Source of the DNA: Candidatus Saccharimonadota bacterium
GTDB lineage: Bacteria > Patescibacteriota > Saccharimonadia > Saccharimonadales > UBA4665
Direction: 5' to 3'
DNA: 64,000 bases
Assembly: GCA_024635495.1 (NCBI GenBank)
Contig: JAGXIT010000003.1
Coordinates: 9,386-73,385, forward strand
In this document: positions 17,934 to 34,728 of the stretch, piece by piece
How positions within the stretch are numbered: the stretch's first letter is position 1
Layout: every line of letters begins with the position of its first letter
Translations under genes and position numbers: made by a program
The notes under the pieces: generated by a model
Seen by the model: only the letters and a program-made list of their open reading frames with translations
Database searches by the model: none
What the model was told of the DNA's origin: nothing

Positions 17934-18104
17934 ACGCCTCCTCTAGAGGCGTAGTGTCGATGTCCAATATGTACAAATGTAGCGTTAGATAAGATGCAAT
18001 TTGTAAACAAACGGGTACGGCTATAGCTCTCGCTATGCCACACCAATAACTAGTCAATGCACTTCTCTGAACCTATCACCAACAAGGGCGATAAGATCAG
18101 AGAA

Positions 18105-21420
<3,316 letters not shown>

Positions 21421-21937
21421 TTTTACGAAAGTATACGTTTCTTAAAAAGAAACGTATAGTGTGCAATTGACTAGTTATTGGTATGTACCACTTCCCGCGT
21501 GACGGAGAGTGATTCCAATAGCCGTTTGTCTTTAAATTGCTTATATTTTGTTCGCTGTAACTCTCCATGAGTAATACTCAGGGAGCGATGTCTAGCGAAC
21601 AATTCTCTTCTCTAACTTAATTCAATTGTTAAATTACGACTCAGGACTCCGCGCCAAATTCAAAAGAATAAGACGTTGATGTGGAGCTTGAGTTTAAGCT
21701 TAAAACTTGGCGGTTTAGTCAACTGGCGCTAGGCCTCACTGTCTAAACTCAAGCATCCATGAGATTGTACTACTTTCAACAGAGGCGGTCAAGCATATCG
21801 CGTAGTTATATTTGCAACGCCCTCGCCCCTGAAAGCGAAAAACATTTTTTGTAAGCAATATTACAAAAACACCGACTAGGATACATTTACTGCTCGTGGG
21901 TATCATTTATTACAAAAAAGAAACAATTATTTCTGAC

Positions 21938-22014
21938 TGGTGGGCGATGAGGGACTCGAACCTCCGACCTCGTCATTATCAGTGACGCGCTCTAACCAAC
22001 TGAGCTAATCGCCC
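21938..22014 (-). tRNA. tRNA-Ile (GAU), CCA encoded
   Basis: Reverse complement GGGCGATTAGCTCAGTTGGTTAGAGCGCGTCACTGATAATGACGAGGTCGGAGGTTCGAGTCCCTCATCGCCCACCA. Anticodon loop is CU-GAU-AA. Confidence 0.93.
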
Positions 22015-22089
22015 ATCCGTCAGAAATAATTAAATGTACTGGGTAAATGGTGGAGACGCTATGCGGTAAGCATGACGCCCCCATGTAAA

Positions 22090-22166
22090 TGGTGGAGACA
22101 CAGGGACTCGAACCCTGGACCCCCTGCTTGCAAAGCAGGTGCTCTAGCCAACTGAGCTATGTCCCC
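22090..22166 (-). tRNA. tRNA-Ala (UGC), CCA encoded
   Basis: Reverse complement GGGGACATAGCTCAGTTGGCTAGAGCACCTGCTTTGCAAGCAGGGGGTCCAGGGTTCGAGTCCCTGTGTCTCCACCA. G3-U70 pair present. Anticodon UGC. Confidence 0.93.
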
Positions 22167-22466
22167 CTATGTAATAACCAATGGTCGAACTACCGATGTA
22201 TTTTACCGAAGAAACCCAAAAAACTCAACTGTTTATCTTCGGATATAAAAAGAAGCCCTCTCGCAATGGTCGGGCTCCTTAGCAAAAGTGCTTCGGTTAA
22301 AAACTGAATAGTGCATCTCAACGTCAAGTTCACAAAGGTACAGTAAACTGAATGTCTCGTCCATCCGAAGATGGATAAAATAAGTTGTCAGTACTGATTT
22401 ACAACTTATCGAGATCGACCTAGCTCTCAGAAGGATTGCTCCGCTCTGATGCTAGTTTCTCCCTAG

Positions 22467-24056
<1,590 letters not shown>

Positions 24057-24236
24057 AAGAATTTGTCTTAGCGCCAGATTAAACTGACTTACTTTTTGAA
24101 TCTATGATTCGAAATTTCTAAAACAATTCACTGCTACCGAAGTAGCAAAAGTGAATTGACGTTGATTTGCACTATTCAATTTTTAACGTCCGATTTCAGA
24201 GACACCAAAAGATACCTCTGAAAGCACTGGGGTCTA

Positions 24237-24265
24237 ATTGTAGCGGTACAACTCTACCATGTCAA
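24237..24265 (-). promoter_or_regulatory. rRNA operon promoter, consensus TTGACA-17-TACAAT
   Basis: Minus strand reads TTGACAtggtagagttgtaccgcTACAAT, about 180 nt upstream of the 16S 5' end. A leader hairpin lies at about 24128-24165. Confidence 0.7.
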
Positions 24266-24311
24266 GGATATATTTGCCCTTTCCTGTAGTATTTCGCACA
24301 TCACCTATATT

Positions 24312-24335
24312 AGTATCCTGTAGCAGCAGGATACT
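24312..24335 (-). terminator. Hairpin at the gyrA stop codon (9-bp perfect stem AGTATCCTG/CAGGATACT)
   Basis: Overlaps the TAG stop of gyrA. No strong U-run follows, so efficiency is uncertain. Confidence 0.45.
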
Positions 24336-26901
24336 ACTCTGACTGTTCGACTACTTCTTCGGATTCATCTTCGATGATTTCGCTCTTATCTACAAGTGCA
24401 AGGGATACAACTTCGTCGCTGTCGTTGAGGCGCATGATACGAACACCTTGTGTTGCTCGGCCAAGTGCTGGGATGTCCTTGAGACCCAGACGAATCGTCT
24501 GACCGTTCCTAGAGATAATAATTACCTCTTGGTCATCGTCGTCGCTCAAACGGTTTACACCTACGAGTTCGCCGGTCTTAGTGTTCACGACCGCAGAACG
24601 GATGCCAACACCACCACGAGCGTGTGGCGTAAACTGAGCCACCTTCGTTCGCTTACCATAGCCGTGTCTGCTTATGACAAATATGCTGGATTTCTCATCG
24701 ACAACATCCATACCAATGACACGATCATCACTGCGGAGACGAATACCTCGTACACCACGGCTCACCCGGCCCATCGGTCGGGCATCTCTTTCATGGAAGC
24801 GAATTGCTTGACCTTGGCTGGTAGAGATAATAACCTCGTTATTGCCATCTGTCATTCTGATCCACTTCAGCTCATCGCCATCATCAAGGTTAATCGCAAT
24901 CAGGCCGGTGCTGCGTACGTTTTGGTACTGTTCAAACGGCGTTTTCTTGACGACACCACGAACTGTACACATCAAAAGATTTGCAGCATTGTCGGTCTTG
25001 GAGACATTGATAACTGAACTTACGGTTTCCTCTGGCTGTAGCTGTAACAGATTGACGATAGCGACACCCTTGGCATTGAGATTCACCGCTGGCAATTCAT
25101 AGGTCTTCATGCGGAATACTCTTCCCTTGTTCGTAAAGAACAAAAGGAAGTCATGGGTAGATGCGTTGACAACATGCTCAATCACATCTTCCTCACGAGT
25201 AACCATGCCACGACGACCCTTGCCGCCCCTACCCTGGCGCTTGTAGTCAGCCAATGTACTTCGCTTAATATAGTTTGCGGACGTTAACGTAACAACAACT
25301 TGCTCATCTGGTACTAAGTCTTCGTCGCTGAGTTTATTCAGCTCCTGAGGGATAACCCTGGTGCGACGTTCGTCGCCATACTGTTTCTTGAGCTGCTTAA
25401 ACTCGTCTTTGATAATCCCAAGAATCTTCTTCTCGTCAGCCAGAATTGCTTCAAGCTCTGATATAAGTTTCATCAGCTCCGTCAGTTCATCTTCAATCTT
25501 CTTGCGCTCGAGGCCAGCCAACGTTCGAAGCTGCATAGCCATAATAGCCTTAGCCTGAAGATCTGATAACTTAAATCGCTTGATCAGGTTTGCTTGAGCC
25601 TCGTCGGTTGTTTCGCTTGCGCGAATGGTCGCAATAACCTCGTCGATGTTATCGAGTGCAATCTTGAGACCTTCGAGAATATGCGCACGGTCTTTAGCCT
25701 TGCGTAACTCAAATTCGGTGCGACGACGTACGACATTTTGACGATGCTTGATGTGCTCACTCAAAATTTCCTGCAATCCAAGTACTCGTGGCTGAATGCC
25801 GCCAATAAGCGCCATCATGTTGTAGTGGAAGCTTGATTGAAGTGGGGTTAGCTTATATAGCTGATTTAGTAGCTTTTTCGGATAAGCGTCTCTCTTGAGA
25901 TCGACGACCACGCGTACATTGCCTCGTGCGCTTTCGTCACGGATATCACTGACACCGGTGATTTTCTTGTCACGAACAAGGTCAGCAATCTTAATAACAA
26001 GCGTTTCTTTATTGAGCGCATACGGGATCTCCGTAATAACAATCTGGTGACGACCTTTATCACCTTCTACTATTTCGGCAATACCCCTTGTGACGACACC
26101 GCCACGGCCAGTCGCGTAGGCTTGTCTAATTGAAGCAGCGCCATAGACGACACCGCCGGTCGGAAAGTCTGGACCCTTGATATGTTGTAATAAATCATCG
26201 AGTGATGCATCTGGATTATCAATCTTATGAATCGTCGCATCTATGACTTCACCGAGGTTATGCGGCGGAATATTTGTCGCCATACCGACCGCAATACCGA
26301 GCTGGCCATTGAGGAGGAGATTCGGCAATTTAGCTGGCAGTACGCTTGGCTCCTGCGTCGTACCATCGTAGTTATCACGAAAATCTACAGTGTCTTTATC
26401 AATATCAGCCAGTAGTTCATCAGCGACACGGTGCATTTTGGCCTCTGTGTAACGCATAGCAGCTGGTGGATCTCCGTCCATCGAACCAAAGTTGCCTTGG
26501 CCATTGACGAGCATATAACGTGTCGACCATGGTTGTGCCAAACGAACCATTGAATCGTAGATAGAGGAGTCGCCGTGTGGGTGGTATTTACCCATGACAG
26601 AACCGACGACGTTTGCACTCTTGCGGTGACGGGCGCTACTACGCAACCCTTCTTCGTGCATGCTGTACATGATGCGACGGTGAACAGGCTTCATACCGTC
26701 TCTCACATCTGGTAAAGCCCTATCAATAATGACACTCATCGAGTAGCGCAAATAGCTGTCTTCCATGACATTTTCAACGCTACGACCCTCAACAACTCGT
26801 GAGTGGTCTGACTGCAAGATATCTACACGACCAGCTCGTTGCAAATGTCGTTCTTCATCTTCAGCATCAATTGGAGTGTTATCGATAATCTGGTCGTCCA
26901 T
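24334..26901 (-). CDS. gyrA: DNA gyrase subunit A
   Basis: 855 aa. Active-site region [14 protein letters not shown]-like [10 protein letters not shown], and C-terminal beta-pinwheel repeats. Confidence 0.97.
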   Translation of the reverse strand: MDDQIIDNTPIDAEDEERHLQRAGRVDILQSDHSRVVEGRSVENVMEDSYLRYSMSVIIDRALPDVRDGMKPVHRRIMYSMHEEGLRSSARHRKSANVVGSVMGKYHPHGDSSIYDSMVRLAQPWSTRYMLVNGQGNFGSMDGDPPAAMRYTEAKMHRVADELLADIDKDTVDFRDNYDGTTQEPSVLPAKLPNLLLNGQLGIAVGMATNIPPHNLGEVIDATIHKIDNPDASLDDLLQHIKGPDFPTGGVVYGAASIRQAYATGRGGVVTRGIAEIVEGDKGRHQIVITEIPYALNKETLVIKIADLVRDKKITGVSDIRDESARGNVRVVVDLKRDAYPKKLLNQLYKLTPLQSSFHYNMMALIGGIQPRVLGLQEILSEHIKHRQNVVRRRTEFELRKAKDRAHILEGLKIALDNIDEVIATIRASETTDEAQANLIKRFKLSDLQAKAIMAMQLRTLAGLERKKIEDELTELMKLISELEAILADEKKILGIIKDEFKQLKKQYGDERRTRVIPQELNKLSDEDLVPDEQVVVTLTSANYIKRSTLADYKRQGRGGKGRRGMVTREEDVIEHVVNASTHDFLLFFTNKGRVFRMKTYELPAVNLNAKGVAIVNLLQLQPEETVSSVINVSKTDNAANLLMCTVRGVVKKTPFEQYQNVRSTGLIAINLDDGDELKWIRMTDGNNEVIISTSQGQAIRFHERDARPMGRVSRGVRGIRLRSDDRVIGMDVVDEKSSIFVISRHGYGKRTKVAQFTPHARGGVGIRSAVVNTKTGELVGVNRLSDDDDQEVIIISRNGQTIRLGLKDIPALGRATQGVRIMRLNDSDEVVSLALVDKSEIIEDESEEVVEQSE

Positions 26902-26902
26902 A

Positions 26903-28906
<2,004 letters not shown>

Positions 28907-28972
28907 CTACACCTTTGTGCTAAGTTCTATTGTAACTTCTTTTTGACGTTTCTACAAGATGTGCGCAGCGAT

Positions 28973-31894
28973 TTATTCTGCAGACAAGTTTGAGTCATTT
29001 GAGCGCATAACACCATTCTCATCTATATTGATAGTGTCACTTTTATTATTTGACTGTGTGGGTGTAGTTGGAGGCTTTGGTACGATTGAGCTTTGCGTAT
29101 TACTAGGCTGCTGGGTCGGTGCGGCAACAGTATCTACTGGAGCTGGCGACGTAGATTGTGGGGTACTTGGCGGAGGAGCTAGGCCTTTCTTCAATTCTAC
29201 TGCGATATCATTGACCTCTTGTTTATCTAGTTGTGCGCTCGATACGTTACCGGCGTCATTGTCTTGAGGGGGTTGAAAAGTAGGTGTGGTGGCCGGCGAT
29301 GTAGCTTGAGGCTGTAGATTCGCACCTTGTTGGATTGTAGTTGCCTTCACCTCACTCGCTCTTTTAGATTGGGGGGTGGTCTTTTGTTTTGCGAGCCACT
29401 CGTCGAGAAACGAGCCCGTTCCGGGTGTTGACGATTTGGTTGCTGGTTGTGGAGCAGGTTGAGCTGCTTGACCTGGCTGACCTGAAGTACTGAATGGATT
29501 TGTGAGTGGTTTTTGTGGCGGGGTTTTTGTGGCGAGTCTATTGAATATTTCTTGCTCAACAATTGCACGAGGCCTGCCATACTTAGCTGCAGAAAGCTGC
29601 TTTAATGCAGAGGCAAGTCCTGGGTTTGGATTACCAAGCGGAGGTAATGTCGCCATACTAAACGGTTGTGTTGGTACACCATTCATAAGTGTACGGACGA
29701 TAGTATTTGCATTTGGCACCCTCAATAAATCATCTCCGTCAAACTGTGGCTGGAAGTAACGGCTTAGGCTATCAACATCGTTTTGGCCAACCCTAAACGA
29801 TACAATAGTACCGATGTTTCCAAATACAGCATCACGTATTTCTTCGGTTAGCTGGGTTGTGAATTGATTGGCTACTATCAGGTTTAGGTGGTACTTACGT
29901 GCCTCACTCATTATCGTGGCAAAACTATCGGTTGAAAAATTTTGGAACTCATCAACATACAAAGCAAAATCCTGTCTCTGGTCCTCGGGAATATTCGAAC
30001 GGCTCATGGCGGCAGCCTGGAACTTCATCACAAAAATCATACCGAGTAGTTTGCTGTTCAGGTCACCCGTGCGGCCTTTACTCAGGTTCACGAGTAATAT
30101 TTTCTTGTTGTCCATAATTTCACGTAAGTTGAACGCACTCTTGGTTTGGCCGATGATATTTCGCATCATCTCATTGCTCAAAAAGGCTCCAAACTTGCTG
30201 ACAAACCAAGCCGTAACCTCGCCTGCATCGTTTGAGCGCTGGCTAGCTGGATATTCTTTTTGCCAATAATCGAGTACATTGGGGTCTTTGACGTGCGTCA
30301 GTTTCTGTCTGAGAAATTCTGGGTCCCTAAATAGTTTTGGGATGTCGACAAATGTACCGCCAGCAGGATCAGCCATGACTGCCAGTGCTGCATTACGAAA
30401 AATACTTTCGTAACGGGGTCCTATAATACCTTGGTGCTGTGGGTCATACAGTTTGTATAGTATGTTTAATACTTCTTGAATCAGGAAGTCTTTCTCATCT
30501 GGGTTATCAAACTCGAATAAATTCAATCCCATCGGATATGCCATGTCCGCAGGCGAGAAATACAGCACATCTTCAGTCCGTTCTTTTGGTACCATTGCGA
30601 GTAGCTTCTCTGCGGTATCACCATGCGGATCCACGAAAGCGAAGCCATCACCTCGTAGCATATCCTGTAGCGCTAAGTTCTCGAGGAAGGTCGATTTACC
30701 TGTACCAGTTTGTCCTACAGCATACATATGACGCTGCCTATCTCCTAGAGCTATCCTGACGGGTTTCTTTGCGCCACGAAATATATTATAACCAAGCAAT
30801 AGACCTGATTCGGGCATATTACGAGGAGCATCGATTTGCTTTGAATCTTGGCGCTCTAGCTGAGAGGTTGGGATACTACGTTGGTCTGGAAAGTGAAAAA
30901 GTGTAGCAAGCTCAATAGAGTTCAGTATATTTTTTGTCTTATGTTTCGGGAATGTACGTAATATAAAGTTCGTGACAAGCTCTGATGGGTCGCTTGCGCT
31001 TTGATATTTAAAACCGTTTTTACCGGGTGAATCGAACAGGGAAAAACTTGCAACTATATTATTAACAATCGCTTGTGAACGTTGGGATATGTTCGAAGAA
31101 GCAACGATACGAACCGCTACCTCAAAACCCGGATATCTCGTTTTATCCTCAATAGCATCAATCACCGACTGATCAAGGCTTGATACTTCTTTAGGCTTCT
31201 CTGACAGCTCTTTCGACTCAGGTGGCTTCACGAACGCTGTCATAATATCTTTCGCGAGCGCGCCGGCATTGATAGATTTATCAGTACCCTTACGTTTTGC
31301 GCTTGCGAGCGATGTCGCCTCTTTGCGCCAACTGGCGTCAGCTGGGCGGAATAATATCTGAATACCTGCACCGTCTTCATTTTCCATAGAGGATAGTGCG
31401 TTGAGAATTGATTGAAAAGCATCGCGCTTCAAATCTTGATACGTTGCGATTGGGTATGCAGATTTTTCCTTCAGATTAAATTGGCCACCCATGACTGCGG
31501 CCATACCACCAACTTGACTAAAAATATTGTGTTCAGGTACTTGTTCTAAGCGAGCGCTTGAATATGCACTAACGATGGCTTGCTGCATGACAGGAATTTG
31601 ATCAGCGGGTACTGCAGCATATAGTCGCACAAAGCCTTTTTCACCAATAATCTCAAACGCGAAATGACGCTGGCCATGAAACCGGTTTTTGAAATTTTCT
31701 TCAATCGTACTAGCAATAATGTTGTAAATTACTTGCGCCTTCGAAATATTTTCATCAACGAGATCTCGAACATCACGACCATTCACCTCTGTATCTTCAC
31801 TGATTGGGGGTAGATGAATAAGCAGTGGCACCATACTGAGTGAACGCTCGTATCGAGCCTTCTTTTCATTCAAATTCTGTAGACCTAATAACAT
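28973..31894 (-). CDS. VirD4/TraG/TraD-like (type IV coupling protein family) P-loop ATPase, no TM segment, long Pro/Thr/Gln-rich C-terminal tail
   Basis: 973 aa. Walker A YAVGQTGTGKSTFLENL, FVDPHGD, Walker B FALYVDEFQNF, and ARKYHLNLIVANQFTTQL. The last ~250 aa are low complexity (PPQKPLTNP...PAPQPATKSSTPGTG...PPPSTPQSTSPAPV...). Confidence 0.7.
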   Translation of the reverse strand: MLLGLQNLNEKKARYERSLSMVPLLIHLPPISEDTEVNGRDVRDLVDENISKAQVIYNIIASTIEENFKNRFHGQRHFAFEIIGEKGFVRLYAAVPADQIPVMQQAIVSAYSSARLEQVPEHNIFSQVGGMAAVMGGQFNLKEKSAYPIATYQDLKRDAFQSILNALSSMENEDGAGIQILFRPADASWRKEATSLASAKRKGTDKSINAGALAKDIMTAFVKPPESKELSEKPKEVSSLDQSVIDAIEDKTRYPGFEVAVRIVASSNISQRSQAIVNNIVASFSLFDSPGKNGFKYQSASDPSELVTNFILRTFPKHKTKNILNSIELATLFHFPDQRSIPTSQLERQDSKQIDAPRNMPESGLLLGYNIFRGAKKPVRIALGDRQRHMYAVGQTGTGKSTFLENLALQDMLRGDGFAFVDPHGDTAEKLLAMVPKERTEDVLYFSPADMAYPMGLNLFEFDNPDEKDFLIQEVLNILYKLYDPQHQGIIGPRYESIFRNAALAVMADPAGGTFVDIPKLFRDPEFLRQKLTHVKDPNVLDYWQKEYPASQRSNDAGEVTAWFVSKFGAFLSNEMMRNIIGQTKSAFNLREIMDNKKILLVNLSKGRTGDLNSKLLGMIFVMKFQAAAMSRSNIPEDQRQDFALYVDEFQNFSTDSFATIMSEARKYHLNLIVANQFTTQLTEEIRDAVFGNIGTIVSFRVGQNDVDSLSRYFQPQFDGDDLLRVPNANTIVRTLMNGVPTQPFSMATLPPLGNPNPGLASALKQLSAAKYGRPRAIVEQEIFNRLATKTPPQKPLTNPFSTSGQPGQAAQPAPQPATKSSTPGTGSFLDEWLAKQKTTPQSKRASEVKATTIQQGANLQPQATSPATTPTFQPPQDNDAGNVSSAQLDKQEVNDIAVELKKGLAPPPSTPQSTSPAPVDTVAAPTQQPSNTQSSIVPKPPTTPTQSNNKSDTINIDENGVMRSNDSNLSAE

Positions 31895-31937
31895 CAGTTT
31901 TACGCCCTCTTCATATACATGTGTCTAAATTGCATCG

Positions 31938-32201
31938 TTATTGGCCCGAACTATTAAGGTTATATGCACCGTTCAAATATGCTGCTTTGACGGCGTGAAT
32001 TTGGTCCGCCCTATCACTAGGGCTCGTAGCGGTATTTGCGATTACTGATTCAACCTGTTCTATTGCTTGCGTCAATAACGCCCCCGGATCGTTCGTAGCT
32101 TGAACCGATTCGGCGGGGGCTATAGGGCTAGACTCCTGGGGAGTAGTCTGTTGAGCCATAGGAGATGGCCCTTGCTGTTCGGGTGTCGGTAGGTTATCCA
32201 T
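31938..32201 (-). CDS. Hypothetical small protein (Pro/Gln-rich N-terminus, helical C-terminus)
   Basis: 87 aa. Lies directly upstream of, and co-oriented with, the coupling-protein-like ATPase. No motif recognised. Confidence 0.45.
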   Translation of the reverse strand: MDNLPTPEQQGPSPMAQQTTPQESSPIAPAESVQATNDPGALLTQAIEQVESVIANTATSPSDRADQIHAVKAAYLNGAYNLNSSGQ

Positions 32202-32257
32202 TACCCACTTAGTATATACTAGCGCTCCACTCCTGAGTAGTCTGTATGGTACGAAAA

Positions 32258-32635
32258 CTACTTCTTATCTAGCACGTTGCGGGCGACATAAAAATATGAG
32301 CCTACAGAAAGAAGTAATGCTACGGTGAAGTCTCTCAGTGTGAACTCACCCAATGAGCTCAAGCCAGTGCTGACGACCACGAAACAAGCGAAGATAACTC
32401 CTACAGCCCGTAGCCTAATGAAGCGGCTGCTCTCTAGGCTAACCCGAAAATACAGTCCACTGATAGTCATCCATACGTAGTATGCCATGAGGCCCGCGAA
32501 GATGTATGGAATAAATAACAGATATACTGGAAGCGCATCTGGCTTAGTGGCCATCAAGAATACAGTAAAACCTGTTGCCGATAGGGCGAGTCGAGATGCA
32601 TATTGTTTGCTGTTCATGTCTATATAGTAAAACAC
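32258..32635 (-). CDS. Small integral membrane protein (about 4 TM helices)
   Basis: 125 aa. Hydrophobic segments LALSATGFTVFLMA, LPVYLLFIPYIFAGLMAYYVWMTISGL, AVGVIFACFVVVSTGL and VALLLSVGSYFYV. First gene of the three-gene minus-strand unit. Confidence 0.55.
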   Translation of the reverse strand: MFYYIDMNSKQYASRLALSATGFTVFLMATKPDALPVYLLFIPYIFAGLMAYYVWMTISGLYFRVSLESSRFIRLRAVGVIFACFVVVSTGLSSLGEFTLRDFTVALLLSVGSYFYVARNVLDKK

Positions 32636-32910
32636 GTCACAGGCAATGAAGCTACGACGTGTGAAAAATAGAGTCGAGGCGATAAATCCGCTCTTATTAT
32701 GTAAATTAATTAGCGCTTATCGCCTACGACGTTGACTGACCGCTCCTGCTACCTTTAGGGTAGCCTGAGCGAAGAAATGAATTGTTTTTTGTTTTTGCTT
32801 ACCTGTCTTCAATGCTACTACGAAACACCCGAAATGTCAATATGCTTCTGCTTTTTATACCTGTTCTGTCTAATGATGTATTTTTTGCTGAAAAATAGAG
32901 TATTTTGTGG

Positions 32911-32940
32911 TTGACACAGTAAGCATGAGCAGATTATTAT
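32911..32940 (+). promoter_or_regulatory. Sigma70-type promoter TTGACA-18-TATTAT in the 480-bp intergenic region upstream of comM
   Basis: TTGACAcagtaagcatgagcagatTATTAT, read directly. Confidence 0.5.
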
Positions 32941-33051
32941 AGAGAACAGCACTGAGTAAAATTAGTGTTCAAAAAGCAAATAGCCTAACGGCGGGATCTC
33001 GCAATCCGCTGTCAGCGCAAACAAACAAGAAACATTATAAAAAAATAACAA

Positions 33052-33081
33052 GCAACCCGTCTAAACCTACAGACGGGTTGC
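33052..33081. terminator. 10-bp GC-rich hairpin GCAACCCGTC/GACGGGTTGC, 35 nt upstream of the comM start
   Basis: An A-run lies on the left (AAAAAAATAACAA) and CTTTC on the right. The T-run is therefore better on the minus strand, yet no minus-strand gene lies upstream of it. Confidence 0.5.
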
Positions 33082-33116
33082 TTTCATGTTATGGCACGTT
33101 ATATTATCGTTAGTAG

Positions 33117-34652
33117 ATGAGAGCCCAGCATGTACGTGGGGTGGTCGAAGACGGTCAGCATGGATTGATCGTTGATATCGAGTGCCAACTCACAAAAGGG
33201 TTGCCGAACATACTTATCGTGGGCTATGCGACAAAGGCAGTTGATGAAGCAAAAGAACGTATAAGAAACGCCTTTGTAAGCTCAAATCTTACCTTACCCG
33301 TTAAACGCATTACTATTAACCTCGCACCTGCAGATATCCCCAAGGAGAGCACCGGCTTTGATCTTGCGATAGCTGCTGCAATACTCCTCGCATCAAAACA
33401 AGCTCCAACAATTCCTAGAGATTCTGCCATTATTGGTGAGCTCGGATTAGATGGTGATATACGGCCTGTTCGCGGAATCATAGGTAAGCTACTAGCAGGT
33501 AGAAACAATGGCTTAACTACTTTTATCATCCCCGAGGGTAACACTGAGCAAGCAAAGCTCATACCAGATATCCATATCATACCTGTAAGTACACTTGTGC
33601 AGCTCCATCAGGTATTGAATAACCCCTTTCAAGTAGTGCCCATAGATACGGCTGAACTACCGTTAGATAAAGTTGTAGCTGAGCGTTCCTCTGAAGAAAT
33701 AAAGCTGGAAGATGTTATTGGGCAAGAGCTTGGTAAAAGAGCAATTGAGATTAGTGCCGCTGGGGGCCATAACATTCTTCTTGGTGGGCCTCCGGGGACC
33801 GGAAAAAGCATGCTCGCAAAGGTTCTACCCTCGCTGCTCCCCGGCATGAGCCGAGCCGAGATGTTAGAGGTAACCCACATACACAGTCTCGCAAGTAATA
33901 ACTTCAACCAGCTAATCACAGAACGGCCTTTCCGCTCACCTCACCACAGCGCCAGCAATGTGGCTATCGTTGGGGGTGGTAATACAATTCGTCCTGGAGA
34001 GATGAGCCTGAGCCATCGTGGAGTTTTGCTCTTTGACGAGTTGCCAGAGTTTCCTCGAGTGGCAATCGAGGCACTCCGTCAACCGCTTGAGGACCGAACG
34101 GTCACGATTGCGCGCGCTAAAGAGACCGCCCAGTACCCTGCCCACTTCATTTTTGTCGGCACCGCCAACCCTTGCCCGTGTGGTCACTACGGAACGAGGA
34201 AGAACTGCCGCTGCTTGCCACACCAAATCGTGCAGTACAGACGCAAACTCTCAGGCCCTATTTTGGACAGGATTGATATCTACGTTGATGTACACGAAAT
34301 AGACAATAGACGGCTCCTGGGGGCTCCTGATGCAGGCCTCAAGACTAGTGAGACCGTACGGACCAACATCTCAGAAGCGCGAGCGGCACAAACGAAGCGA
34401 TTTGCGACTGAAGCGAAGCTCAATGCAGACATGACCAATCGTGAAGTCAAAGCTTTTGCCCAGCTAACGCCAGCAGCAAAAGACATGCTCGATACCGCCG
34501 CCGAAAAATTCGAGTTAAGCCCCCGAGCCTACATGCGCAGCGTGAAAGTCGCTCGTACAATCGCAGACTTAGACAAGTCAAAATCTATCGAAACAAAGCA
34601 CGTCGCTGAGGCGTTACAATACCGTCCGCACCAGTATCATGACCAGTACTAG
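33117..34652 (+). CDS. comM: ComM/YifB Mg-chelatase-like AAA+ ATPase (competence-associated)
   Basis: 511 aa. N-terminal Lon-protease-like domain (GLPNILIVGYATKAVDEAKERIRNAF). Walker A GPPGTGKSMLAK, Walker B LLFDELPEF, and CPCGHYG...CRC. Confidence 0.9.
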   Translation: MRAQHVRGVVEDGQHGLIVDIECQLTKGLPNILIVGYATKAVDEAKERIRNAFVSSNLTLPVKRITINLAPADIPKESTGFDLAIAAAILLASKQAPTIPRDSAIIGELGLDGDIRPVRGIIGKLLAGRNNGLTTFIIPEGNTEQAKLIPDIHIIPVSTLVQLHQVLNNPFQVVPIDTAELPLDKVVAERSSEEIKLEDVIGQELGKRAIEISAAGGHNILLGGPPGTGKSMLAKVLPSLLPGMSRAEMLEVTHIHSLASNNFNQLITERPFRSPHHSASNVAIVGGGNTIRPGEMSLSHRGVLLFDELPEFPRVAIEALRQPLEDRTVTIARAKETAQYPAHFIFVGTANPCPCGHYGTRKNCRCLPHQIVQYRRKLSGPILDRIDIYVDVHEIDNRRLLGAPDAGLKTSETVRTNISEARAAQTKRFATEAKLNADMTNREVKAFAQLTPAAKDMLDTAAEKFELSPRAYMRSVKVARTIADLDKSKSIETKHVAEALQYRPHQYHDQY

Positions 34653-34664
34653 CCAGAACCAACG

Positions 34665-34693
34665 TTGACCTCTGTTCATATGTCTGTTACAAT
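34665..34693 (+). promoter_or_regulatory. infC operon promoter TTGACC-17-TACAAT
   Basis: TTGACCtctgttcatatgtctgtTACAAT, read directly. Confidence 0.6.
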
Positions 34694-34728
34694 CTAGTAA
34701 CGAAAAATAAAGGAGATCCAGAATCAGT

